A DNA stretch of 64,000 nucleotides from Nitrososphaerota archaeon (GTDB taxonomy: Archaea > Thermoproteota > Nitrososphaeria_A > Caldarchaeales > Caldarchaeaceae). A program made the position numbers and the translations under genes. Under the pieces are notes generated by a model. The model was not told the DNA's origin and did not search any database. It was given only the letters and a program-made list of their open reading frames with translations. Shown in pieces: positions 37,538 to 48,409 of the stretch (positions within the stretch are counted from its first letter, which is position 1; the number at the start of each line of letters is the position of its first letter). The stretch is from the NCBI GenBank assembly GCA_041641305.1, contig JBEPYN010000002.1:256001-320000 (forward strand), read 5' to 3'.

Positions 37538-38671
37538 TCAGCATTTCCCGTAATTTTTGCGGAAATGTCTCTTCAAAATATCCACTACACGATCCACCTG
37601 CCCACGGTCATTGAAAAAATGATGAGCAAACCGGACCCCCGGACCTCTTGCGGAAACAATTACACGCCTGCTCCTCAACTTCCTCTCAATCATCGAACTG
37701 TTTTGTCCGAAAAGCAATGAAACAGTTGGTCCAATGTTCTCTAAACTTGGTGAAAACAGTTGAAAACCAGCGTCCTCAACCTCTTCCACGAAATAGTCAC
37801 GGGTTTTCTGGATTCTGCGCCAAATAGAGTCAACTCCGACCCTGTTTATCAACCGCATTCCTGCACGAGCAGCATACATGCTCACAACACTCCATGTCCC
37901 CATTTCAAACCTCTTTGCATCATCCCTATAGTCAAGGACCTCAGGGCCGAATAGGAACGGGTTCCGCTGCGAAAACCAGCTCACCGCCGTAGGCTCCAAA
38001 TCATAGAATAGATCTTTTCTCACATAGAGGAAGCCGGCGCCTGGAATACCCAATAAAAACTTAGTCGTCCCAGCTACCAGAAAATCGACACCCATCTTAT
38101 CCACGTCAATTGGGACTGCCCCTATGCTTTGGTACGCGTCCAAAAGGAAGTAAGCACCTTTGGCTTTGCATAGCTCAGATAGGGCCTCGACATCCTGCAT
38201 GTATCCATTCAAAGCGCTAACATGAAAAGTAGCCACAAGCAAAGTCTTTTCATCAACCTTCTCCCTAAATTTGTCGATGTCGATCATCCCATGATTAGCC
38301 CGTATAACCTCCACTTCAAACCCACGTTTCCTGAGCGCGGCCAATGGCACACCTATAGAGGGATAGTCCAGCTCGGTTGTGACAATTTTGTTTCGTCTGC
38401 CCGGCGTGAAGGAGCTTATGAGAGAGATTAGCGCGCTGCTTGCGGAATAGTGTGGACATATCTCCTCCTCATTTGCTTGAACAATTTTCCCAAAGAGGGC
38501 CGCCGCCTCATACACAGTTTTCATCCACTCGTCCCACGGGTTACCTTTCTCAACAATAGAAGACAAGTAGCTGTTAACGGCTTCAAGGACATCGACAGAC
38601 ATAGGGCCCTGCGAACAGCTCGCGAAGTAGAGGTTTTTTCTCAAAGATGGAAAACGCCCTCCCCAATCCAT
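37538..38671 (-). CDS. Class V PLP-dependent aminotransferase/desulfurase-like enzyme
   Basis: LDAYQSIG, GTTKFLLGIPGAG, RFEMGT, HFFN. Confidence 0.85.
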   Translation of the reverse strand: MDWGGRFPSLRKNLYFASCSQGPMSVDVLEAVNSYLSSIVEKGNPWDEWMKTVYEAAALFGKIVQANEEEICPHYSASSALISLISSFTPGRRNKIVTTELDYPSIGVPLAALRKRGFEVEVIRANHGMIDIDKFREKVDEKTLLVATFHVSALNGYMQDVEALSELCKAKGAYFLLDAYQSIGAVPIDVDKMGVDFLVAGTTKFLLGIPGAGFLYVRKDLFYDLEPTAVSWFSQRNPFLFGPEVLDYRDDAKRFEMGTWSVVSMYAARAGMRLINRVGVDSIWRRIQKTRDYFVEEVEDAGFQLFSPSLENIGPTVSLLFGQNSSMIERKLRSRRVIVSARGPGVRFAHHFFNDRGQVDRVVDILKRHFRKNYGKC

Positions 38672-38770
38672 GTTATATGTTCACGGAGAGTGAAATCCCG
38701 GTTAAATATTAACGTGTATGTAATGTGTTTTGACAACGTTTAAATAAAGGTTACTGTTGAGAAATCCCTC

Positions 38771-40123
38771 GTGAATAACGAAAAAGGAATTTCCAGTTAT
38801 GTCGTCGCGGCTGTTGCGGTCGTAATGTTGTTGGCGGGTTTTGGACTTGGCGCGCTTCTTGGTCCCAGTATTTCTCCAGCTCCCACCCAAACCGTCACAG
38901 TAACAGTGGGAGGCCAGGTTGCGACAACAACCGTTACCCAGACCTCGTTGGTAACCACTACTTTAACCGCGCAGGCACAAAAGAAAGAATACACCATAGG
39001 CTTCGCATACGAGTTAACAGGTGCTCAGGCGAGCTTTGGAAACGATATGAAAGATGCTGGCTTGTTGGCTGTCGCGGAGGCTAACGCGTTGCTTGAGAAA
39101 GCAGGGTTCCCGATAAGATTCAAGGCTGTGGTTGAAGACACTGCAAGTACACCGGAGGGAACTGTCAGAGCTGTACAAAGCCTGGTCGAAAACCATCGGG
39201 CGAGCATAATCGTCGGCCCCATCAGCAGCCTGGGCGTAGCAGCGGTGAAAGGCTATCTGGACCAGAAGCAAGTCGTGCTAATTAGCTGCTGCTCCACAGC
39301 AGTTACACTAAAGCTGCCGAATGACTTCATCTTCAGAGTTATAGCATCCGCCGATGTTCAGGGAAAAGCTCTCTCCAGAAGCGTGTTGGCTGAAGGTTTC
39401 CGCAAAGCTGTTGTCATATACAGAGCCGAGGCTTTCGGCGAGTCGCTGTTTAGAGAGTTTAAGAATGATTTTGAGAGCGCGGGAGGCACTGTTATCGGTG
39501 TGCCGTATCAGCCTGACCAATCGGATTACAGCGCCGAGGTGGCTAAGCTCAGTGAAGAGGTGAGGAGAAGCGGTCCCAGTGAAACAGCTGTCGTAGCTGT
39601 CTCCTTCCAGACCGACGGCCTTCTCATCCTTGGTGAAGCCAGACTTGATGAAACCTTGTCAAACGTAAGATGGTTCGGAATCAACACCCTCAGGGTTCCA
39701 GCGTTTCTACCTCCACAGGCCCCAGCCGAGATAGCCGAATTCATGGTGAAAGTCTCTCTAACCTCATCCTACACGGCTCCGCCAAATAACCCCAGATACT
39801 TCGCCTTCCTAGAAGCCTTTGAAAAAATGCACGGCAGAAAAGCAGGGCCGCAGGCCGATTTAGGATATGACGCGGCATGGGTAGCAATCCTCACCATACT
39901 ATCCGCAGGAACCGACGATGGACAAGTCCTACGCGACACAGTTATTCCAACCGCGAGAAAATACATGGGCGCCAGCGGACACATCTGGATGGATGAAGCA
40001 GGCGACAGAGCCATCCAAGACTATACAATATCCCGAATAATCAAGGAAGGTGACTCATTCAAGTGGATAGATATAGCATTCTACGATGCTTCCGCAAACG
40101 TTGTAAAACCACTGACCAGCTAA
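38771..40123 (+). CDS. ABC substrate-binding protein (LivK fold)
   Basis: N-terminal TM, Thr/Val stalk, EDTAS, IVGPISS, FRV, YDA. Confidence 0.88.
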   Translation: MNNEKGISSYVVAAVAVVMLLAGFGLGALLGPSISPAPTQTVTVTVGGQVATTTVTQTSLVTTTLTAQAQKKEYTIGFAYELTGAQASFGNDMKDAGLLAVAEANALLEKAGFPIRFKAVVEDTASTPEGTVRAVQSLVENHRASIIVGPISSLGVAAVKGYLDQKQVVLISCCSTAVTLKLPNDFIFRVIASADVQGKALSRSVLAEGFRKAVVIYRAEAFGESLFREFKNDFESAGGTVIGVPYQPDQSDYSAEVAKLSEEVRRSGPSETAVVAVSFQTDGLLILGEARLDETLSNVRWFGINTLRVPAFLPPQAPAEIAEFMVKVSLTSSYTAPPNNPRYFAFLEAFEKMHGRKAGPQADLGYDAAWVAILTILSAGTDDGQVLRDTVIPTARKYMGASGHIWMDEAGDRAIQDYTISRIIKEGDSFKWIDIAFYDASANVVKPLTS

Positions 40124-40132
40124 GGCGATGAA

Positions 40133-41056
40133 ATGATTGAAATTGCATCGTCGCTCGTCAGAGCACTGCAATCGGGAGCTCTCTACGCCCTGATGGCGAT
40201 AGGGTTAACCCTGACCCTCGCCATCCTAAAAATCCCAAACATCGCACACGCCGAGTACGTGACCGTGGGCGGATACGTCTCTTTTTACTTAATCAATTTT
40301 GCTGGTTTTCCACTCTGGCAAACAGTGTTACCAGCGTTTATTTTCAGCGGCGTGGTCGCCGTTTTATCCTACCTCACCGTTTTTAGGCCATTGAAAAATA
40401 GGAAAGTACCGATGTTTATTTTAATGGTAGCATCTTTCGCTTTATCCCTGATAATCCGTTACTCTATTTACACGGTAGTTGCGGCTGCTAACTGGGGTTT
40501 CGGAGTTAAGCCAAAAGTTGTGACAAACGTTGTGTTCAGAATTGCCGGCATAGCGATAACAGATATACTGCTGCTTGTTCTCCCTATAACTGTAGTTGCG
40601 ACGACCACACTTTATCTCTTCATGATGAAGACGCGGCAAGGGAAACAGATGCGAGCCGTAGCCGATGATCCAGACTTAGCCGTCGTCTCAGGAATAAACA
40701 TCGACAAAGTCGCCTTCCTCACCTTCTTTATATCAGGCGGCTTAGCCGGCGTTGCCGGGGCGTTCTGGGTCGTGTTTACACACGCCCATCCAGACATTGG
40801 GTTGGAGGCGCTTATCAGGATTATAGCGGCATCGGCTCTGGGCGGGTTCCTCAGCTACCCAGGAACATTAGCCGGAGCCTTCATAGTAACGTTAGCGGAA
40901 AACACGGTGATGGACATTCTAAACAGAAACTTTGGCCTAAGCTTAGCACTCAAACCCTTGATGCCGATGATCATCACGATAGTCATTCTTGTTATCAGGC
41001 CTGCCGGAATAACAGGGTTGTTTTCACGGCAACCGCGTAGAGGGGCTGCGGGCTAA
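40133..41056 (+). CDS. livH: LivH-type ABC permease
   Basis: GLTL..NIAHAE, GKQMRAVADDPDLA..SGI. Confidence 0.88.
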   Translation: MIEIASSLVRALQSGALYALMAIGLTLTLAILKIPNIAHAEYVTVGGYVSFYLINFAGFPLWQTVLPAFIFSGVVAVLSYLTVFRPLKNRKVPMFILMVASFALSLIIRYSIYTVVAAANWGFGVKPKVVTNVVFRIAGIAITDILLLVLPITVVATTTLYLFMMKTRQGKQMRAVADDPDLAVVSGINIDKVAFLTFFISGGLAGVAGAFWVVFTHAHPDIGLEALIRIIAASALGGFLSYPGTLAGAFIVTLAENTVMDILNRNFGLSLALKPLMPMIITIVILVIRPAGITGLFSRQPRRGAAG

Positions 41057-42109
41057 ATGGATTTCAACCAACTCCTCTCTATCATGGTGTCGACAGCAAA
41101 CTTTTACGCCATTTGGCTTATATTATCTCTTAGCCTCAACTACGAATACGGCTACACAGGTATTCTGAATTTCGGAAAAGTCTTATTCTTCAGTCTCGGC
41201 GCCTATGCATCCGGTTTTCTTGCAGCCAACATAGCCAACTTAATGGCGGGTGTTTCCGTTGACATTTGCAGCGTAGAGGCTGTACAGTTCCGGCTTGACA
41301 TGGCCAGCGCATCCCCTCATATGCCCTTTCTTTTGTTTACTGCTTCTCTCGTTCTTGGAGCTTCCTTGTCGGCCGCGGTAGCGTATCTGCTCTACCTTTC
41401 CACCTCACGAATAAAGGAGGGATTTGTTCTGGGTATAGTTCTTCTCGCTGCAGGTGAAACTTCACGCATAGTGGTGCGAAACTATGAACCGGTTGTCTGC
41501 GGATACCATGGGTTGGTGGGCATACCTAATCCCTACACAGCAGCAGGGGATCCAACAACCGCCTCTTACCTACTCAGCATAACTATCTGGATAATAGCAG
41601 GCTTAACGTTTGTCTTCGTAAACAGGCTGACCTCCACACCATATGGAAGAAAACTAAAAGCCATACGAGACAACGAGCTCGCCGCGGACATCTATGGAAA
41701 AAAACCTTCGCCCGAGAGGAGAAAAGTGCTTATGATAGGTTCTGCGATGGCTGGCGTAGCAGGAGTGCTTTACGCCTATTATCTTGGGTTTGTTGCTGCG
41801 GACGATTTCACTAGTCTAAAGACTTTCGACATATGGGTAGCTGTAATGCTCGGAGGTGTTGGCAATCATTTGGGCGCGGTGGTCGGCAGCCTTGCTGTAA
41901 CCCTTATTGACAGAGGTACAAGGGTGTTGCGCGGGTTCTTGGCCACCTTATCCATACCGCTGGAGACCCTCTATCTCCGGTGGATTATAGTCGGCGTCTT
42001 GATGCTGCTGATACTGTTGTACAGGCCGGCTGGAATATTTCCAGAAAAATCTATCAAGACGCCTGGATTACTTAGAATAATTGAAAAAATTAGGAGGGAG
42101 AAAACATGA
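41057..42109 (+). CDS. livM: LivM-type ABC permease
   Basis: SLNYEYGYTGILNFG, YGRKLKAIRDNE, MLGGVGN. Confidence 0.88.
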   Translation: MDFNQLLSIMVSTANFYAIWLILSLSLNYEYGYTGILNFGKVLFFSLGAYASGFLAANIANLMAGVSVDICSVEAVQFRLDMASASPHMPFLLFTASLVLGASLSAAVAYLLYLSTSRIKEGFVLGIVLLAAGETSRIVVRNYEPVVCGYHGLVGIPNPYTAAGDPTTASYLLSITIWIIAGLTFVFVNRLTSTPYGRKLKAIRDNELAADIYGKKPSPERRKVLMIGSAMAGVAGVLYAYYLGFVAADDFTSLKTFDIWVAVMLGGVGNHLGAVVGSLAVTLIDRGTRVLRGFLATLSIPLETLYLRWIIVGVLMLLILLYRPAGIFPEKSIKTPGLLRIIEKIRREKT

Positions 42110-42864
42110 ATGACTTGCTGGTGGTCGACAAGGTGTCAAAAAGCTTCAAAGAACTAAAGGCTTTAGACGAAATCTCAATCAGTATAAAACCTGGTCTAAT
42201 ATACGGAATAATAGGGCCCAACGGCAGTGGAAAAACAACTCTCTTCAACATCATCACCGGAGTGATTAAACCTGACAGCGGACGCGTTATCTTCGACGGA
42301 CAGAGAATTGATACGCTGGAGCCGAATATCATATACAACCTCGGAATAACAAGAAGCTTCCAACTACCTACTCTCTGGCTGAACATGAACGTCGCCGAAA
42401 ACCTTATGTTACCGCCTAAACAACAAGCTGGAGAAACCATTCGGAAAGCTTTTTTCAAAAAGGCGTGGAAAACACAGGACATACAATTGTCCGACTTTGT
42501 TTGGCAGACTTTAGAAACTCTGAAACTTAAACACGTTGCCTTGAATAAATCAAGCGAGATATCCGGAGGTCAGATGAAGCTTATCGAGCTTGGGAGAACC
42601 ATGATGAGCAGCCCGCGACTAATCTTGCTGGACGAGCCTACAGCAGGTGTAAATCCCGCTCTCGCTCTGGAAATTTTTAAGATAATTAAGGAAACAAATC
42701 AAGTCGTGGGATTAACCTATGTGATAATAGAGCATAGATACGACATATTGTTCGCTAACGCCGACTACATCTATCTACTTAACGAGGGAAAAGTTGTGTT
42801 AGAGGGACCTCCTGAAAAAGTAATCAATGACCCAGTGTTGGCTGAAGTTTATCTGGGTGCTTAA
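42106..42864 (+). CDS. livG: LivG-type ABC ATPase
   Basis: GPNGSGKTT, ISGGQ, LLDEPTAG, YLG. Confidence 0.9.
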   Translation: MNDLLVVDKVSKSFKELKALDEISISIKPGLIYGIIGPNGSGKTTLFNIITGVIKPDSGRVIFDGQRIDTLEPNIIYNLGITRSFQLPTLWLNMNVAENLMLPPKQQAGETIRKAFFKKAWKTQDIQLSDFVWQTLETLKLKHVALNKSSEISGGQMKLIELGRTMMSSPRLILLDEPTAGVNPALALEIFKIIKETNQVVGLTYVIIEHRYDILFANADYIYLLNEGKVVLEGPPEKVINDPVLAEVYLGA

Positions 42865-42866
42865 AT

Positions 42867-43571
42867 ATGCTTTCTATTAGGGGCCTCTATGCGGGATATG
42901 GCAAGATAGCTATAGTGCAGGACTTTTCGCTGAATGTGTCGCAAAACGAGGTTGTCGCAGTTCTGGGCCCAAACGGAAGCGGGAAGAGCACGGTCTTCAA
43001 ATCAGTTTTCGGACTTGCCTCCATTCTCGATGGACACGTGTTTTTCAAAAATCAAGATGTGACATATCTCAGACGCGATTTGCTTATAAGAAGAGGTATG
43101 GCATATGTTCCACAGCTAAACAATGTATTCACAACCATGACTGTGGAGGATAATTTGGAGATGGGTGGGTTGGCTTCAGGTGGAAAAGTTAAGGAAAGGA
43201 TAAAGGAGCTGTATCAACAATTTCCCGTCTTAAAGGAGCGCCGGAACCAGAAAGCAGGAGTTTTGAGTGGGGGACAGAGGCAGATGCTTGCATTAGCAAA
43301 AGCTTTGGTAAGCAATCCTGAGATACTTATATTGGATGAGCCTACGGCTGGGTTGTCGCCTAAAACGTCTCTCCAAATAATCAATCATCTAAAGGAGCTT
43401 AGAAAAAACGGCCTCAGTCTAGTTATAATAGAGCAAAATGTTAAGAGAGCGCTGGAGATGGCTGACAAGGTGTGTTTGATGGCTGTGGGTAAGAAGATTT
43501 TCGAGGGCAAGCCCGAGGAGTTGGCTAGCAACCGCGAGATGGCGAAGCTTTATCTGGGGATAACTCAATGA
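42867..43571 (+). CDS. livF: LivF-type ABC ATPase
   Basis: GPNGSGKST, LSGGQRQ, LDEPTAGLSP, EQN. Confidence 0.9.
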   Translation: MLSIRGLYAGYGKIAIVQDFSLNVSQNEVVAVLGPNGSGKSTVFKSVFGLASILDGHVFFKNQDVTYLRRDLLIRRGMAYVPQLNNVFTTMTVEDNLEMGGLASGGKVKERIKELYQQFPVLKERRNQKAGVLSGGQRQMLALAKALVSNPEILILDEPTAGLSPKTSLQIINHLKELRKNGLSLVIIEQNVKRALEMADKVCLMAVGKKIFEGKPEELASNREMAKLYLGITQ

Positions 43572-44515
43572 GCCTGAAATTCGACTTAACTGTTGGCCCT
43601 TTTTTAGAGTGTCCCAAAAACGCAGTGGAGTTGAGCATTTACAGCGAGAAGCTTGGGTTTAACGGTGTCTGGGTCACCCACGACCCCTTGTGGGAAAACT
43701 CATGGGTAATAGCTGGAGGCATAGCGGCCAACACTTCAAAAATTCAAGTGGGGCCGGGCATCGTTAACCCGTTCAGCTCGACAAAAGTTGAGATTGCAAT
43801 GGGTGCAGCCACACTTCAAAACCTTTCAAATGGTCGTGCTGTGCTCGGCTTCGGCCCCGGGTCTAGAAAAATGCTTGAGGAAAGCGGGCTAAGACACGTA
43901 AACCTTCTCCAGACTCTTGACGAATCTGTCACCTATCTAAAAGAAGTCCTCAACCCCGCAACATCTCCGCTGAAAAGCAAACCCGTAAAACCCGTGGAGA
44001 TATACATCGGCTGCCAGTCTCCTACCATGCTTCGTAGAATAGGCAAATGGAGAGTGGGAGGGCTTATGTTGCTTACTCCCCCAAGCTTCGGCGAGGATGC
44101 ACTCCGTTATGTAAAAGAGGGCTACAGCGGGCAAATTCCATCTGATTTTCCCGGAAACCAGATAGCGTCAATACTATGTTCAATCGATACCGATGAAAAC
44201 AATGCGCGAAAAAGCTTCGCAAAATTCATTATCCACATACTTAGGTATCTGGCGGAGGTTCAGCTGAGAAAAATATCGCTAGACTATGATGATGTGGTTT
44301 TGCTAGAGCAAATATACCGTGAAGAGGGGTGGGAGGCTCTTCCAGAGAAAATCTACAGTCTAGGAGCGGTGGGAGTAGAGGGTCTCATCAAGACTGTTGA
44401 AAATCTTCACAGTCTCGGATTTACGAGGTTCAAGATCGGATCGCCGCTCGGCCCCGAACCCCGAAACGCCGTCAAGCTCATAGCCGAAAAAGTGTTAAGT
44501 TATTTCAGGAATTGA
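43568..44515 (+). CDS. LLM-class (Mer-like) oxidoreductase
   Basis: GPGIVNPF, ATLQNLSNGRAVLGFGPG, GSPLGP. Confidence 0.82.
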   Translation: MSLKFDLTVGPFLECPKNAVELSIYSEKLGFNGVWVTHDPLWENSWVIAGGIAANTSKIQVGPGIVNPFSSTKVEIAMGAATLQNLSNGRAVLGFGPGSRKMLEESGLRHVNLLQTLDESVTYLKEVLNPATSPLKSKPVKPVEIYIGCQSPTMLRRIGKWRVGGLMLLTPPSFGEDALRYVKEGYSGQIPSDFPGNQIASILCSIDTDENNARKSFAKFIIHILRYLAEVQLRKISLDYDDVVLLEQIYREEGWEALPEKIYSLGAVGVEGLIKTVENLHSLGFTRFKIGSPLGPEPRNAVKLIAEKVLSYFRN

Positions 44516-44877
44516 CCGAGTTTCGCGGCCGTTTCTTTCAGTTTAGACAAGATATCGAGACCTGTGGGAGGGTTAAGCGCCACCACAAGAACCTTGTCAT
44601 CTACTGGGAGCACGATGACGTTCACCTTTTCCATCGATGCAAAAACATAGTCCAGCGCTCCATAATATGCCCTGTTTTTCAGAAGCAGTAAACCAAACCT
44701 CGCAGTCTCCACGTCCACCTCGGCCGAGACCTCGGGCGGGTCAATGGAAGCCACACCAGGCCTCATCCCACCGCCCAGCCGCTTGCAATCGCCATCAAAA
44801 AGCTCAGCATACCTGATGTCTCTATGTAAGGTAAAAACCTCTTCAACAAATTTTTCATAACCCAGTTTGTCTTTCAA
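44500..44877 (-). CDS. Small hypothetical protein, possible roadblock/profilin-like fold
   Basis: IRYAELFD..LGGGMRPG..YGALDYV pattern, recalled from uncharacterised thaumarchaeal proteins. Confidence 0.55.
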   Translation of the reverse strand: MKDKLGYEKFVEEVFTLHRDIRYAELFDGDCKRLGGGMRPGVASIDPPEVSAEVDVETARFGLLLLKNRAYYGALDYVFASMEKVNVIVLPVDDKVLVVALNPPTGLDILSKLKETAAKLGQFLK

Positions 44878-44914
44878 GACAGTTTATCATCCTTCCTTGC
44901 TTTAAAAATATTTT

Positions 44915-45904
44915 TCACAAACCTGTCTTCAAGCCGCCGAGGACACGTCCAGTGAACTCTATTGCTTTACCCAAGTCCTCCCCCAGGGGAGGCCCGATGT
45001 TAAAGTGTTTAACACCCATTCTCATTAACTCACGAAACCTGTGAAGAATTTTTTGAGGCTCATCGTAAGTAGAGGTTATTGCAAGGTTGAACATTTTGGG
45101 TGTAACAAGCTCGATCGCCTCATCAATCAATTGCTCGGCTACAAGTTTTGCTATTGATGTGAAATCTTGTCGGCTCAGTCCCGCAGTGTTTAAAACCTCC
45201 TCGGAGAGCAGCGGCCCGTAATATGCGATAAGCTCCCGCAATTTTCTGCATGAGTTTAGCTCCTCCTTTGTCTCCGCGACATAGTACCATAGGCAGGCTG
45301 ATATATCTATACTGCTAACATCTCTTCCAACTTTTCGAGCTCCTTCATGGATTATTGGCAAAAATTTTTGAGCCGATTCCGGAGGTATGATGAGAGGAAG
45401 ACCACCGTCCCCAATTCTGCCTATAGCCTCAACAGTTTTTCTCCCCTGTCCACCAATGTAGATGGGTATTTTATGCGATACTTTGAAGGTTAATGCATTT
45501 GGCGGCCCTGTCCCGTTGTCAAGAAGTTTACGTAGCTTGTCAACGGCTGCGTAAAGTCCTTGCAGTGGTTTGTCAACGTTTAGGCCTGCCCATCTGAGTG
45601 TTTCAGGCGCCCCAACACCTATCCCCAGACAAAATCTTCCACCACTAAGCTCAGCCAAAGTAGCCGCCCGCATAGCTATCTCGACAACATTAGAGCTGAA
45701 AGGGTTAACGATAGCGGTGCCTAGTTTAATCAAAGACGTCGAAGCTGCAGCGGCTGATAAGACAACCCATGCATCGCGTTTGAACAGGTCCTCACAGTAC
45801 CAGAAGCCGTCGAAGCCGGTGTTTTCGCATAGTTCCGAAAGCTTGACTGCGGTGCGTGAGTCGCAGAGGTCGCTGTTAAGCCTAATGCTCAGAACAGTGT
45901 TCAA
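44915..45904 (-). CDS. LLM-class (Mer-like) oxidoreductase
   Basis: GFDGFW.CED, GTAIVNPF, ATLAELSGGRFCLGIGVG, GPPLG. Confidence 0.85.
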   Translation of the reverse strand: MNTVLSIRLNSDLCDSRTAVKLSELCENTGFDGFWYCEDLFKRDAWVVLSAAAASTSLIKLGTAIVNPFSSNVVEIAMRAATLAELSGGRFCLGIGVGAPETLRWAGLNVDKPLQGLYAAVDKLRKLLDNGTGPPNALTFKVSHKIPIYIGGQGRKTVEAIGRIGDGGLPLIIPPESAQKFLPIIHEGARKVGRDVSSIDISACLWYYVAETKEELNSCRKLRELIAYYGPLLSEEVLNTAGLSRQDFTSIAKLVAEQLIDEAIELVTPKMFNLAITSTYDEPQKILHRFRELMRMGVKHFNIGPPLGEDLGKAIEFTGRVLGGLKTGL

Positions 45905-48306
45905 CTTTGGTTTTTGATGAGGTGCCAGAGGGTTGATGGTTTGATGTGGCTGCTTACTATCTTGACCCCAAGCGCGTCCTCGATCGCGGCGGCTATCGCG
46001 GCGAGCGGTGATCCGCCGCCTTCTCCGACACCTCTCGTACCAAGAGGACTCGTGAGACTGGGTATGCCGAGGCTCGCTATTTTCTCTATCATGGGGACAT
46101 CGGCGGCTGTGGGTGCGAGGTAGTCGGCCAGGCTGGAGTTGAGGAGCTGTCCATCCTCGGAGTATTCGAAGTTTTCGTAAAGGGCCGCGGCGATGGCGTT
46201 GAACGCGGAGCCTATCACCTGTCCTCTGACTATCAGTGGATTAATCTCTCGGCCGCAGTCATCCACTATCGCGTAATCTAGAATCTTGACAGCCCCCGTC
46301 TCTGTATCTACTTCGACAACAGCGGCGTGGACTTGGTAAGAATAAGTGAGGGTCAGGTTGCCTCTTTTTTCTTCGGGGTCTGGGTAGGTGAAATCCGGTG
46401 CATAAACCGCGTGAGCGAACAGCCCTGGCTCTATGCCTTTGGGCAGTAGCCGTAGGTTTGACCACGCAACGTTCGCTATTTGCCAGATGGGTATTTTCTT
46501 GTCGCCGGAGATTGTAGTTACTTCACCGTTCTTGATGGTGAGGTTTTTCACATCGGTCTCCAGGAGCGCAGCCGCTATCTGGAGAACTTTGGCTCTAAGA
46601 GCTTGTGCCGCCTTGACGACAGCCGTTGCACCGAGGGCGGCAAACCGGCTCGCATACGTTCCTGAGTGTCCTGAGAACGGGTTGCTGAAGGAGTCAAACC
46701 CTATCAAAACCGTTACCATGTCTGGTGTAACTCCCAGCTCGTCGGCAACCAGCTGCCTAACCACGGTCTCGTGACCCTGTCCCTGAGGACTGCTGCTGAC
46801 AGCTGCTATGATGTTGCCCATGTTGTCGATTTTAACCCATGCCGCTTCACTGCCTCCAGACATGGGGAAGTTGGGATTAATTATCCTCACTTGGCCGAAG
46901 TTGTTTGAACCGGAGTCAAGGGTTACTCCTATTCCGATGCCGATACGTTTTCCACCGTCTGATTGCTGTTCTTTAATTTTACGCCATTTATCATAGTTAA
47001 TCAGCTCTAAGGCTTTGATGGTGGCCAGTTGGTAGTCTCCGCCGTCGTAGACACAGCCGCTCGGGGTCGTGTACGGCATCTCCTCTCTACGTATGTAGTT
47101 ACGCATCCTTATCTCGACGGGGCTTATGCCAAGTTTTTTGGCCGCAATATCCATGATTCTCTCTATCATCCACATGTGCTGCAGTCGGGAATAGCCTCTG
47201 ACAGGGCCTGTTGGACACTTGTTGGTGGTCACCGAGTAAAAATCTACGTAAAGGTCCTTGAATCTATAGACGTTGCACGAGACCTGTGCCCATATCACCG
47301 CTCCCAGAGGTTCATAGCGTGGATAAGCACCTATGTCATCAATTGCTTTAACCTTCAAGCCGAGCAGGGTACCGTCCCGCTTAAATCCCGCTTTTACGTG
47401 GAAGGTGCGTTCGTTGCAATGCGATGACGAGGCTGACAAATTTTCTCTCCTCGTCTCCACCCATTTGACTGGGCGTCGGACAAGCATCGACACGGCGCCC
47501 AGCAAAGTCATGTAGACATAGTTGTTGATCTTGGTTCCGAAACCTCCTCCGATATCTCTGCTTATCATCCTAATTCTGCTCAAGGGTTTGCCTAAGGCCA
47601 CGCTTATCATGAATCCTACAACCATGGGCATCTGGTTGGGTGCGTAAATTGTTAAGATATCATCTTGTGCATTATAGTCTGCGACTACGACGTTGTTCTC
47701 AAGAGGTATAGCGCTGTATCTGTTGAAACGTAGTGTCTCCTCGATGATTACCTCAGCTTTAGCAAGAGCTTTCTCGATGTCACCATAGTTATAGACACCA
47801 TGCCACACCACGTTGCTTCCCAACTCTTCATGAACAACCGGTGCATCGGACTCCAGTGCTTTTTCACCATCCACCACCGCTTGCAGTGGCTGGTACTCCA
47901 CCTCTATTTGCTCAAGCGCATCATATGCTGTGTACATGTCTTCTGCGACGACGACAGCCACTGGCTCGCCCATGTAGCGAACCTTGTCGACTGCCATGCA
48001 GTAATCCTTTATCCTATCTGCTGGAGGTGGAGCGACTTGTGGAAAAGGATTGGTTATAGCCGCTATGTCTTTGCCTGTGACGACTTTAATCACGCCCGGT
48101 ATCTTCTCAGCCTTTGACACATCGATGTTCTTAATATAAGCGTGGGCGAACGGGCTTCTGAGTATAGCCGCGTAAACCATGTCCTTTAAACGAAGGTCAT
48201 CGGTGAACTGGCCTTTGCCGGTTATCAACCGCCTGTCCTCATATCTTTTGAGAGGCCTACCGACCCAACCCACTTCCTCCACTTTTTCCTCGAGATAGAG
48301 AGACAC
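45901..48306 (-). CDS. Xanthine dehydrogenase/CoxL-family molybdopterin-binding large subunit
   Basis: EDRRLITGKGQFTDD, DIGGGFGTK, QGQGHET, RGVGEGG; active-site loop GPVRGYSR. Confidence 0.9.
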   Translation of the reverse strand: MSLYLEEKVEEVGWVGRPLKRYEDRRLITGKGQFTDDLRLKDMVYAAILRSPFAHAYIKNIDVSKAEKIPGVIKVVTGKDIAAITNPFPQVAPPPADRIKDYCMAVDKVRYMGEPVAVVVAEDMYTAYDALEQIEVEYQPLQAVVDGEKALESDAPVVHEELGSNVVWHGVYNYGDIEKALAKAEVIIEETLRFNRYSAIPLENNVVVADYNAQDDILTIYAPNQMPMVVGFMISVALGKPLSRIRMISRDIGGGFGTKINNYVYMTLLGAVSMLVRRPVKWVETRRENLSASSSHCNERTFHVKAGFKRDGTLLGLKVKAIDDIGAYPRYEPLGAVIWAQVSCNVYRFKDLYVDFYSVTTNKCPTGPVRGYSRLQHMWMIERIMDIAAKKLGISPVEIRMRNYIRREEMPYTTPSGCVYDGGDYQLATIKALELINYDKWRKIKEQQSDGGKRIGIGIGVTLDSGSNNFGQVRIINPNFPMSGGSEAAWVKIDNMGNIIAAVSSSPQGQGHETVVRQLVADELGVTPDMVTVLIGFDSFSNPFSGHSGTYASRFAALGATAVVKAAQALRAKVLQIAAALLETDVKNLTIKNGEVTTISGDKKIPIWQIANVAWSNLRLLPKGIEPGLFAHAVYAPDFTYPDPEEKRGNLTLTYSYQVHAAVVEVDTETGAVKILDYAIVDDCGREINPLIVRGQVIGSAFNAIAAALYENFEYSEDGQLLNSSLADYLAPTAADVPMIEKIASLGIPSLTSPLGTRGVGEGGGSPLAAIAAAIEDALGVKIVSSHIKPSTLWHLIKNQS

Positions 48307-48409
48307 AACTGGCTCTTCTTCTTCCCGATTATAAACTTTAGCGAGGTGAATGTGCTGGTTGAAATGTTCTTAACAATATTTAAATTCACCCATTCAGCTC
48401 CATGACGGC

